From Geosiphon pyriformis uo1 (Eukaryota; Fungi; Glomeromycota), in the NCBI GenBank assembly GCA_016748015.1, contig JAAOMT010000512.1:1932893-1996892 (forward strand): a stretch of 64,000 nt of DNA. Reading direction: 5' to 3'. Positions 11,420 through 22,050 of the stretch are shown piece by piece. How positions within the stretch are numbered: position 1 is the first letter of the stretch; each line of letters starts with the position of its first letter. Under the pieces are notes generated by a model. That model saw only the letters and a list, made by a program, of their open reading frames with translations. It did no database searches and had not been told where the DNA came from. The position numbers and the translations under genes are program-made.

Positions 11420-12080
11420 GGCAGGAGAATACTAAGAGCATAACATTTAAGACACCATTGCTCATTGCAGGGCATTATGCATTCTTCACACAATTTAACA
11501 TTCATTTGCTCTAGCCATTGAGCTTGAGCTTCTTTGGTCGGGTAAGTGTGACTGGCAATTTGGTGATATACTTTTACTTCATCTTCATAGTTGTATCTAG
11601 CAATTTCAAAGGTGTATGCAATGTATTCTGATTCTTTCATTTGACGAACATTTTCTTGAGTGGCTCTGTTGATTAAAGCCATTGCTAGGTCAAAAATCAT
11701 TTCAGCATCATAAGGGTAGTAATAAAGTTTGTTGAGAGCACTGTTGTATGCCGCATTAAAGGGTGTTCCTCTTTTTACTTTTTCTGAAATTGATAAAGCA
11801 TATTGGCAGGTCTGATCGCAGACTCCTCTTCTCATTGCTACATCAATCCAATTGTATTCTTCTGGTAATATATCTCCACAAGTCAAACAAGGAGTGTTAT
11901 CCCATTTTCTGCTTCTTTTTATTAAATGGCTCTATTATTCTCTATGGCAAGCCTTGCAGTAATAACAAGTATGATTTTCATATTCTTCTTCAGGTGAAAT
12001 GCAGACTCCCATTGACAATAGTTTCTTGTGACAGTCCTTACATTTAAGAAGAATATAGGGGCATTGTTTCCTTGTTTCAG
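11420..12080 (-). pseudogene. Gypsy B Cys-rich inserted domain between protease and dUTPase
   Basis: LKCKDCHKKLLSM...YYCKAC...CLTCGDILP...CDQTCQY...LCEECIMPCNEQWCLKC. Confidence 0.75.
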
Positions 12081-12269
12081 GCTTTGAATAAGGGATATTC
12101 CATCCAGGGGTTTCGGGATCAGAGTGTGGTGTAAAATGTTCTTTTTCAGTTTCATCGGCCCAGTTGGACATTGATCTAAGAGCCATAAATGTTTCGATTA
12201 TTGGTTTTTCTTCTTCTGGTTCGAATTTAAAAACTAGGGCTTTTTCGGAGTGTTTGTTGAATGTACCAC

Positions 12270-12650
12270 AAATGGCAGGTACTTGGGCATGTTGTCCTTG
12301 GTAAAAGATTTGTAGTTCTTGGGTTTCCCAGTCTAATTTTGCATTGGCTTTTTGAAGCCAATTGTTTCCGACAAGGGCTTGATACTGGGGAGCATCTATT
12401 ACAAGAACTTTGACTGGAATGGTGATTCCATCAAGAGTGAATGGAAAATTGTTAATTTCTTCTACTAGAGTCTTTTTCATGCCATTAACAGTAATGATTA
12501 CTGTCTGAGCTGGTCGGTTAACATTTTTCTTTAACTGTTACATCAACTGGTAAGTAATGATGCTTCTGGCAGATCCACTGTCTAGGATCAAGTGAATTGG
12601 CTTTCTTTTTGCTTCAGCTTCTGTGTACATTGCAGTGATAGCTTTTTGAT
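12270..12650 (-). pseudogene. Gypsy B aspartic protease
   Basis: AMYTEAEAKRKPIHLILDSGSARSII...IPVKVLVIDAPQYQALVGNNWL. Confidence 0.92.
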
Positions 12651-12899
12651 TATTAGCCGCTGCACTGCTAAGCAAGAATGGTAATTCATTTGCTTCTAAT
12701 TCGAAAGAGAATATATAAAAGAGATTGGCATTTTCAGCAATTCTGGCTGGTAGAATAGTGGTGTGGTTATGAGAAAGATTTTGTTGTTGTGCTGTAGCTC
12801 TACCTTCCAAGGGTGCAGTATGATAAAAATCTTGTTTTTCTGATACTGTTAAATAACTGGGTTGAGTGTAATAGTGGTTGGGTCTTGGTTGAATGGAAT

Positions 12900-14700
12900 T
12901 TTGGGGAACCAATTAGTTGTTTGAACTGATTCTATTGTTGTTTACTTAATATTGGTTTTGTGGTGTGAATTGATTTTGTGTAATCAGTCTTTGAGCAGGT
13001 ACTTGATAATGTTGTGTGAGTGGTTGTTGGTGTTGCTGTTGGATTGACTGTGGGGCGGGCTGATAATAGTTACTTTAGTATTGGGGTCTTAATGAATAGT
13101 AGGCTGGTGGTAGTTAATAATAAAATTGCTGTGGTGGAGGGTAATGTTGATTATTCCTATTTTGTTGGTCTTACTGTAGCTTTTTGCAATCTCTTTTCCA
13201 GTGGCCAGAGATTCTATAGTAATGGCAATTCTGAGGCTGGTTATTAGAAAGTGGTGCAAAGTTATTTTGATTTCGTCTTTGGGGTGGTTGATATCTTTGG
13301 GATTGCTGTTGTTGTTGATTGGTAAAATAGTTTTCAACCTTCTTTGTGAGTTGGTCAATTTTTTTCTCAGCTGCTGAGCTGGTTTCTCCAATTGCCAAAT
13401 TTACAAGTTTTGTGCGATTGGCTTCATCCATGGCCATTTTATATCTTTTCGCATGCTGTATAGCAGAGTTTAAATCTTCTGGGGCATGTGGGTGAATCTT
13501 TTTAATTAGTTTATCTTTTAGACCAGCAATGAATTGATCTAAGATTTGAGCATCAGAATAATAATCATTTGTTTCAAGTTGGCAAATTCATCTGAGAAGT
13601 TTGTTGAATTTTCCAATATAAATCATAACAGATTCAGAAGATTCTTGTTTGATATTGTGAAACCAATTTTGAAGGGTGATGGAAATATTATTGTCAGTGA
13701 ACTGTTCAAGGAAGGCTGCTTTGAAAGCGTCCTAATCATTGAATGAAGTGGCCAAGTTTTCAAACCATTCTCCTGTTGTTCCTTTGAGAAAGTAGGGAAT
13801 TGTTTTTAACATTCTGGCAGCATTTCATCCATTTGCATCTCCAGCTTTAGTAACTTGGTCAAATCATTCTTGGGGACTGGTCTCAATGTCTTCTCTATTA
13901 AATTCAGGGATTTTTGTGATGTATGCTGTCATTTCATCTTCTTTGTTTTCACTGTCTATTGATTTTTCTTCAGTTATTTCAAAGTCATTTTCTTCGTTTG
14001 CTGCTATCTTAGAGTGTTCACTTTGATTTTTAGCTAGAAAATCAAGAAGATTGGAACTAATTTGAAGAGGTTTTTGCTGTTTGGTGAGACTTCTAAGTGA
14101 TGTAAAATCTTCTGGTCTTGCAAATCAATTCAAGGGTGAATTAGATGTTTGTGCTTGTGCAAGTAAAGCTGGAAAAAGTGTGATGGTGAGTGGGAGTTTT
14201 GAACTGGTTTCTTGTTCAGGTGTTTGTAAGTGTTTGGCAGTTGTTTTTGGTAGTATTAGAGTATTTAGGGTGGTTTTTGAGTATTGCTTCAATTTGTGTT
14301 TGCTTTTGTTGCTTGTTTCTGTCTCTAATTCAAAATCAATAGAATATTGAGACTGCACTGGATATGTTTCTTCACAGTACTTGATAATGTTAAAATTAAG
14401 TTCTTGAAAGTAAGTGGCAAGTGTTTCACTGTTAAGGTCTTCAGTTCTCAACTGTGAATAGTGTGCTAAATTATTGTAAAGGTTGCTTCTAACTTCTGAG
14501 ATATTGTAATTTCTAAAAAGATAATTGTTGATGCGGTTTTCAATGTATTGGTATACTGATTTCTTGACAACTTCAATTCCATCTGGAATGTTGAATCTTT
14601 GCTTGCAGTGGGTATAAATTGACTGGTAATACTCTAGAGTTGTTGTGTCTGGTGTGGTTACTACTTTAAATTTGTTTTTGCTGTGTTGTTTCCGTGAGAG
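12900..14700 (-). pseudogene. Gypsy B gag (N-terminal extension, capsid, CCHC knuckle, Q/N-rich tail)
   Basis: Capsid remnants MTAYITKIPEF...IPYFLKGTTGEWF...ILDQFIAGL; knuckle CHYYRISGHWKRDC (decayed CX2CX4HX4C). Confidence 0.9.
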
Positions 14701-14707
14701 AGCACCA
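14690..14707 (-). promoter_or_regulatory. Primer-binding site of Gypsy B
   Basis: TGGTGCTCTCTCACGGAA, 2 nt after the 5' LTR end (TAACA-TT-TGG); tRNA not identified. Confidence 0.85.
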
Positions 14708-14709
14708 AA

Positions 14710-15667
14710 TGTTACCAGAGGTTTTTGGTCTCTTTTCTTGAATGTTGTAACTGTCTGTTGGTTGCAAATTCACGTTTTTTAGTATTTGAACCTCCAATAA
14801 CTGATTTTATCTTCAAATAATCTCTTATAATTTGAACTGCTGGGCTTATAAGTGGAATGGCCAATTCTTTGCCAGTTACTTTATGTAGTTACATTGTAGT
14901 AAACGTCAACTCTTTCCCAGGAATTGCTCATCTGGAAGCTCACTAAAAATGTGTAGTTACTTTGCTGTGAAAGTCAACTCTTCTACAGGAATCTTGTTTG
15001 TAGGCTACCCTAATGATTGTAATAAGAAAATAAAAGAAAAATAAAAGAAATATAAAAGAAATAGAATTCTGTCAAGGGAAACGTTTTTTATCCAGGTCTG
15101 GAGTCACTAACAGTTTACTGAAATTGGTAGCTAATCAATTTTAAAACGTTAGTTGGGTTTTGGGGATTTTCCCAGTGCAATAATTAAAGAATTTGGTTTT
15201 TCGAATTTATTTGATATTTATTTCTTTTTGTGTGTGTAAAAATGATTCTAATTGTTAAATCTGAAGTAAGATACATTTTCTCAAAGAGAGAAGCTCTTCT
15301 TTTATACAACTTGTTGTAACACTATTCTTTAAACTTGAACTTTGCTCTTTTTCTACAATTTTGCTGAACTAAAAATATATTTTGGCAAACTACAAGTTAT
15401 TTCGGTGAACTATCAATTATTTTGGCAAATTTTTACAAATTTCGGTGAACTTTTGAATGTTACATATTTCGGGGTATTGCATAATTGATCATTGCACTTA
15501 GGTTACATTTGTGTTACGTACAAATTGGGTTATTAATTAAATGATAATTTTGGATATTTTGCTAATGTAATAAATGATAATTTGAAATGATAATATATGC
15601 TAATTAATGATAAGATTTATAAGAGTAATTTCATGCTAAACAATATCTCTAATTTTGTCTGGTAATA
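14710..15667 (-). repeat. 5' LTR of Gypsy B
   Basis: TGTTACCAGA...TCTGGTAATA; pairs with 5829-6809; adjacent to the PBS. Confidence 0.97.
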
Positions 15668-15671
15668 ACGT

Positions 15672-17700
15672 TACCATTAATAATTCCAAGATTTAAGTTT
15701 TCTGATATATTAAGGTAAGTTGGCTGGAAATTTGAATAGTTTGGGTAGTTTATATTTGTTTGCTGATTAGGTCCTATGCGATTAGGATTTCTAGTAATAA
15801 TTGCATTTTGACCTAATACTGGCTGGCTTCGAAACTCTGAATGCCAGTTTGGATTTGAAATTGCTGGTTGTTGCTGGTAAGTTCCTTGATTTTGGTACGT
15901 AGTGGGGTATTAATGTGATATTGACATGTATTGATTTCTGAGCATTTAAGAGGGCATGTAATAATTATTTTTGCATGCCTCTTGTATCATTTATGTTTGA
16001 CATTGGCCAATCAAATGTCCTATGCATTTGCAAAAATGGCAAACACATGTTTCTGTTCTAAAATTCTGATGTGATGAGCAATTATTTTGGCTGTCACTGA
16101 ATTCCTGGTTGCATTTTTGAGGTGTTTGGTATGTGTTATTTCTTTCTGAGTCCAAAATAAGGTAACTTTCTATTTTCTTAGAGAGTTTTTTCCCTAATTG
16201 TGTTACTCTCTTTTCTAACATTTCTGTCTTGTTTTTCTTCATTACCATGTTAACCATTTGACTATGATTAGTTTTTTTTTCAGCCAATTCAAGAGCTCTG
16301 GCAAGCATAATGGCTTTTGGCAATGAATCAGGATAGGCAGGGTGTACTCTTCTTAAAATGCTGTTTTTTAATCCTCTAATAAATTGATTTAAAACCTGAG
16401 GATTGGTATAGTATCCTTGTTTAATCGCTTCAATCTAATGGCAAATTCGATTGAATTGAGCAAGATATTGGGTGACAGTTTCACCAGTAACTTGCTTGAT
16501 AATATTGAATTCATTCTGTAATTGGATTATGGCATTTGGATTGCTAAAATACTTCAGGAGTGCATTTTTAGATTCAGCAAAGCTCGTGGGTTTTGTTTCT
16601 AGGCTTTAATACCATGAGTTGGCTGTGCCTTTTAGGAAGAAAAATAATGTTTAAATTGCTCTTTGGTTGTTTCAGTTATTTGCCTGGATGGCTTTTTGCA
16701 CTTTTCTGAGTCATGTGTGCACGTCCGTTTCTTCTTTCTCTCCTGAGAAATCTGTTAGTTTTGCAATGTATGGTGTGGCTATTTCATTGCCATTTTCTGC
16801 TAGTGGGCTTATTGGTCTAAGAGAAGAGGGATAATATTTCCTTGAGCATTCCTAAAGGTGGCTTCCCTTATATCTGGTTCTTTCTCTTGATTACAAGTTT
16901 CTTGGTTTCTGGACTGGCTGCTTGTTTCAGTAACTGGTCTTGTGATTGTTTTTTTGCTGGTCTCTTTTTCGGATTCTGATTCAGACTCCTCTTCACAGTT
17001 TTCAAATCCCATTCCAAATTTTGGCTGAAAAAGAGAGTTTTGGGATAGTGATAAATATCCTCCTGTAATTGGTATGTCTTCCCAGTTACATTGTTTAATT
17101 TTATCAGTATAACTAGGAGTTCTTGGCATTTGTAGAGTTGATGTTGATGATAATGCAGCTCCTAATGGAATTTGTATCTTATTTTCTAGTGAAAAATGGT
17201 ATGATTTATTTTCTAGTAAATAAATATGTTGTTTCTTTATTGATTGAGTGACAGTTTTTTTTGGTGTTTGAGCAGGTGTTCCTAGTTTTTGCTGGTTATT
17301 TTCTTGATTAGTTTCTAAATTTTTTTTGATTTTATTGGCACATTTCCTTGTGTTTCCTGTGGATATTAGAAAATTTTCATTGGCATATTGCTTAATTTTT
17401 TGATGGATTTTAACAATAGTTGTGGCTATTACTGCTACTTTCTTTGTAGTGTATTGTGATAATTCTCTATACAATCCAAGTTTTGCATTGTGTAGTTCTT
17501 TTTCTTTTCCTATGTGGTAATTTATTCTGGTGTTAATATAATAAGTGAGAGCAGATTCTGCTGGACAACACCCTTCTGGTAATCTAAGATCACTTTGATT
17601 TTGTGTGTAAATAGCACGGCAGAATTCAAAAACAATAAGGGTAGAGGTTTTTGTCACCACTTTTGTTTCTTTCTTTTTAGCAATAAATTATTGCTAATTC
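15672..17700 (-). pseudogene. Gypsy A gag
   Basis: N-terminal extension (ORF 16809-17660), capsid remnant PYIAKLTDFSGE...FFLKGTANSWY, knuckle CHFCKCIGHLIGQC. The frame rejoins across the B insertion (LGIINGN|VLGTKNT). Confidence 0.9.
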
Positions 17701-17722
17701 TTATTTTTTTTTTGATTTTCTT

Positions 17723-17740
17723 TCCTTGTAAGGTTGACCA
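17723..17740 (-). promoter_or_regulatory. Primer-binding site of Gypsy A
   Basis: TGGTCAACCTTACAAGGA, 2 nt after the LTR end; differs from the PBS of B. Confidence 0.75.
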
Positions 17741-17742
17741 AA

Positions 17743-18557
17743 TGTTATGAGATGGTTTTCTTGGTATATTTTAATTGTTGATCTCTCATTTTAATTGCAA
17801 TCAGTCTCTTGTGAGTTCCTCTATTTTATGTGCTGGATATTAATGATAATGTACTGAAGGTTTTCTCTTGATATTGTGATGTAAGTTTTTTTTTTAATTC
17901 TAATTGTCTTTATATGTTATGTACTTCTTTCCAAAGGCTAATCTGAAATCTACCTGCTGTCTGGGGTCTTCTTTGAGACTATCCTTGCAATTGCCTGATG
18001 TGTTTCTCTAATCTAGAAACATGGAATGTTAATGGCCTTTTCGCAATTTCCCTAAGTATATAATAAAGCTTTTTTCAATTTAATTAGTAATCACGTGAAT
18101 AATCTTGATCAGAAATTATTCCTCCAAAGAATTCAGAGATAGAATGATAGTTTTATTCACTAGAGAGGGTATGTGAATTCTATTGTTAATCTCATAATTG
18201 TAATGTTCATTTAATTTATTATTTTTATTAATTTTTTTTGAATAAGATTTTATTTTAAATATTTATTGCTTCTATTTGAAGCCTTTTCATTATTAAAAAC
18301 TATTGTATATATATATAATTATTGTTTTACAAAATAACATTTTGTAATATTCTATTTCTGTTATTTCTAAATAGTGCTTGCTGCTATTGTGAAATAGTGC
18401 TTGCTGCTATTGCATGATAGTGCTTAATGCTATTGTAAAATAGTGCTTGCTGTTATTTGTAAATCATTTCTTTTTTTTTATAAATTGTTGCTGTGCTATT
18501 TTATGATTGGCTAATTTATATTATTTATAATTCCTATTAAATTTTTGAACTGTAACA
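17743..18557 (-). repeat. 5' LTR of Gypsy A
   Basis: TGTTAT...GTAACA termini; end-to-end inverted match to the solo LTR at 24862-25681; about four ~23-bp ATAGTGCTTGCTGCTATTG repeats at 18370-18460. Confidence 0.92.
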
Positions 18558-19720
18558 TTGTTTATTTTAAGAAATTGGACTCTGCAGTGTCTACTTTGAA
18601 TCATTAATCAGTTTTGGTAGGCAAAAATAGTATTAAAATTCTCCTTTTTGGTGAATCAAAATGAGACTATTCTGTCTTATAATAGGTTTAAGGCCAAATT
18701 AATTAATTTTCTCTTTGGCTGCACAGCTTTTGAAATTAGTAATATGATTTCTCAGGTTGGTGGTTAGACATGTTTTATTCCTTGTTCTCTTGAATCTGGT
18801 CATTGTTTCCAATTTACTCTGATTATATTTGATTCTTAGGTTGATTTGAATTCTGCAATTATTAAGACTAGTACTCTAAAGAAATGCTGTATCTAATGAA
18901 AAACTTGTGGTTGTTAGTACTGCTTTAGGTGTCAAGAAGTAGGTCATTTGGCTGTGGACTGTAAAATATTTCTATTTTTTTTTTCAAGACTCCTGAGATG
19001 TTTAAATTACATTTTGTGAGTGGTGTTTTTTATGTAAAGGCTTTTGCTTTTTTGGGTTCTTCTGAGTTTCTTTCTTTGGCAGTTTCTACTTCTCCTTCTA
19101 TTGTTGTTGGTGATCTCTCAGTGTTCTTTCAGTTGGCTTCTTTGGAGTCTGATTTGGCCAAGCTTTCTGCTTTGGTTAAGTTTATTGTTAAACCAGTTGG
19201 TTCTTTGGTTAAATTGTTTGAACAATTTATTAATAAGAATTTGGTCTCAAGCAGTAAATTTGGCCTTAAAGTTAATAAGATTTTGGTGCATATGGGTTTT
19301 TTTAATAAAGTTGTTGGTAAGTTAAAGAGAAAGGTAGTTTTTTTAAAAAAAAAGTGCTGCATAGAAGATGTTGATATGTCTGGTAATTTAGAGCACCCAA
19401 TTGGTCTAAATGATAATGTGTTTTCTAACTTGATGTCTCTCTAAAAACATGAATCTGCTGTTATAAAGATTAATGCCTTTAAAACAGCTGAATGGCTGGT
19501 TGAATTAGTTGGTAATAGTGCTATATTGTTTGATATTGTTCAAAGAATATCTTTTTTGGATAAGTTTTCTTCTTCAGCTTTAGTATACTGTGTTTTTAAT
19601 TGGTCCAAGTAATTAGTTATGTGTAAAAAGTGCATAATTAGTGTCTAGTTTAGATTTCTTAATTTAATGTATAGAACTAAGTAGCTTTTGGACTGCACTC
19701 ATTAAGCAAATAAAAAAAAA
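18558..19720 (+). mobile_element. 3' part of an ORF1-only non-autonomous non-LTR element (HAL1-like); 5' part presumably beyond Gypsy A, outside the window
   Basis: Decayed LINE ORF1 homolog (SVLVGKNSI...RFKAKLINF...CFRCQEVGHLAVDC) followed directly, with no ORF2, by a LINE-type 3' UTR (~19590-19710) and poly(A). Confidence 0.8.
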
Positions 19721-20386
19721 TTATTAAAATTAAAATAAAATATATTATAAATTAATTTTTAATAATAATTTATTATTAATTAAAAGTTTTATTTGTTAAA
19801 TAAAAAATATAAAGCCATAAATAATAATATTATATATTAATATAAAGTTATAAATAAATACAATACTTATATTATATATAAAACTTATAATAAAATTTTT
19901 TTTTGTTTTTTTTTATATTTATTTAAATAACTAAAAAACAAAAAAAAACAAAAAAGCAACTTTTTATTTTGCTTTTATTTTAAACAATTATTACTTTTTT
20001 TTATTAATATAACTAAAAAAAACTTTTTTTTTTTCTACATTTAAAATTCCCAAAAAAAGCCAATTTGTTAAAAAAGTTTTTTTGGTTTTTATTTCTCTTT
20101 GCTATTTTGTTTTTGTTATTTTATAATACATAAACTTTTTTATTATTGCTTTAACAATTACTACCAATGGCACAATATCTAAAAAAAAATTGGCTAAAGA
20201 TATTGCTTCAAATTTTATAAGTAGAAATCTGGTACAAAAACCTAAAATGTTAATTAGTAAGATAAAACACTTAGATAATAAAACAAATTTAGAGTTTAAA
20301 TTATTTCTATAAAATATTAATTAGTTTGAGAATATGAATACTTTTTTAGATTATATAATAAAAAACTTGGCTGCAAATAATATTAA

Positions 20387-21357
20387 TATTATAGATAAAC
20401 TTAAATGAGATAAGATTGTATTTTTAATATATGTAATTTGATAATAGAAGCTAATAGAGTGTTAATATAATAGTTTTTTTAATTAAGTTGGTTATTAATC
20501 TTTGAAAATTTCTTGTTTAAAGTTATATTTATCAAGTTTTTTGTTATAAAACACAAAGTTTTGGTTTTTTTAATTGTGTTGTTCTTATTGTATTTTTTTT
20601 TGAGCTAATGAATACAGTTATTAAAGTTTGGTGTTGTCTTTTTACTCTTTTGGTAAATTAACAAATAAAATTAATATTCAAATCTAAGAGAAGCTTTTCT
20701 CTTTTATCAGACTATTATAAAGTCTATTTTTAAACAGTTGATTTTTAATATTGCTACTTTACAAATAAAAAAAACAAAAAAAAAACCAAGAAAAAATAAA
20801 AAAAAAATTAGTATTATTAATTACTATAATTAAAAACAATTGGTCCAAATTATTAAAATTTTAAAACTGTTTTATATTAATAATATTTGACCTAAAATAA
20901 AGATAACAAAAATAATTGGTTTGATTTTAATAATTATAATATTAAGATTATATACAGATAATTTAAAATAAGAAGATTTTATTAAATTAGTTTAAAATAT
21001 ATATATATATAATAAAATTGTTTTTTTAAGATTAAAAAATTTTAGAGAAGAGTTATTCTTATTTTTTTTTTGCTTGTTTTTTTATTTGTTAAAACTATTT
21101 ATTTTTATACATATTTTCTAGTTTTATAAGATTGTTTGTTATTTTTATTATTGCTTGGTTTTTTTATACTATAATTAGTTATTTTATATTATGATTAATT
21201 ATTCTATATTATTTTATATTATTGTGTATTATTTTATATTATTCTGAATTATTTTGTGTTATTTTATATTATTTTGTATTATTATATTTTTTTATATTAT
21301 TACATATTAATCATGTTTTTTTAATAGTTTTAAATTGGTTTTTCTATTTGGATAACA
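20387..21357 (-). repeat. 3' LTR of Gypsy C
   Basis: TATTATAGATAAACTTAAAT...GATAACA; colinear with 30092-31118; 10-bp ATTTTATATT-type tandem array at ~21180-21290. Confidence 0.88.
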
Positions 21358-21399
21358 TTATTATTTTAAATTGAATTTTTGCAAAATTATATATATCTT

Positions 21400-22050
21400 T
21401 AAAAATTGTTTTTTTAATATAATGTTTTATTATTATGTTAAGTATTGTTTTTTATAGTTCTTTAAATTGGAAATTTGTTATTTGTTTTATGTTGTTAATT
21501 ATAATAAACTTCAATAAATTATCTAATAGTATGATTAAACAATATTTAAATACTAAATATAGTTAATATATTGTTTTGTAATATAATATTAAGTTGTTTC
21601 TTCTGACAATTTTTTTCACTTGTTTATGAGCTTTTCTGTTGAATATTTACTTGTTAATATTTATATATAATATTTATAAGTCTAGTTTTTTGCCAATTTT
21701 AAAAAATTAGTATATTAATAAAAAAAATTTTTTCTATGTTTTAAAAATTTTAAATATATATTTTTTTGTGTTTGGTTCTATAATTAAGTTGTTCAAAACT
21801 TTTTAATTTTTTCAAGTATTTAAGTACATATATCTTTTTTTTTAATTGTTTATAGAAATAAAAACATTCAGTTTTAGTTGAATTCTTATTCACTTTTTTT
21901 TTGCTTGTATTTCTGTATTATATCTTTTTTTTATTAATTATGATTTCTATTGGTGTTGTAAATTGTTGAATTATTTTAAATAGTTGTTGTAAAAATTTCA
22001 AAATTTTGTCTAAAAGGTTTATGTTAAAAGTATTATTAACTTTTTTTTTG
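21400..22050 (-). pseudogene. Decayed ORF3 of Gypsy C
   Basis: ~21450-21580 translates YKTIY*LYLVFKYCLIILLDNLLKFIIINNIKQITNFQFKEL, matching the C-terminus of A and B ORF3. Confidence 0.65.

Larger units (their letters stand above)
5829..15667 (-). mobile_element. Ty3/Gypsy LTR retrotransposon B, structurally complete, nested in A
   Basis: Paired LTRs 5829-6809 and 14710-15667, PBS, PPT, TSD ACGT (5825-5828 and 15668-15671). Internal order gag-PR-Cys-rich-dUTPase-RT-RH-IN-ORF3. Confidence 0.97.
1..18557 (-). mobile_element. Ty3/Gypsy LTR retrotransposon A (decayed; 3' end outside window; interrupted by element B)
   Basis: Minus-strand order: 5' LTR 17743-18557, PBS, gag with CCHC knuckle, protease (LILDSGS), dUTPase, RT (FNVMPFGLTNAPA, VVVYLDN), RNase H (LATDAS), integrase, ORF3. 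PR-RT-RH-IN order is diagnostic of Ty3/Gypsy. Many stops and frameshifts. Confidence 0.95.

Noticed and set aside
328-14350. Numerous short + strand ORFs (e.g. 328-651, 774-995, 5588-5860, 11763-12047, 14081-14350)
   Set aside because: Antisense shadows of minus-strand Gypsy coding sequence; no independent motifs.
15010-15115. Possible intron in the B LTR (T-rich tract ending CATTAG on the - strand, GTTAGT upstream)
   Set aside because: Signals are too generic in AT-rich DNA; needs transcript data.
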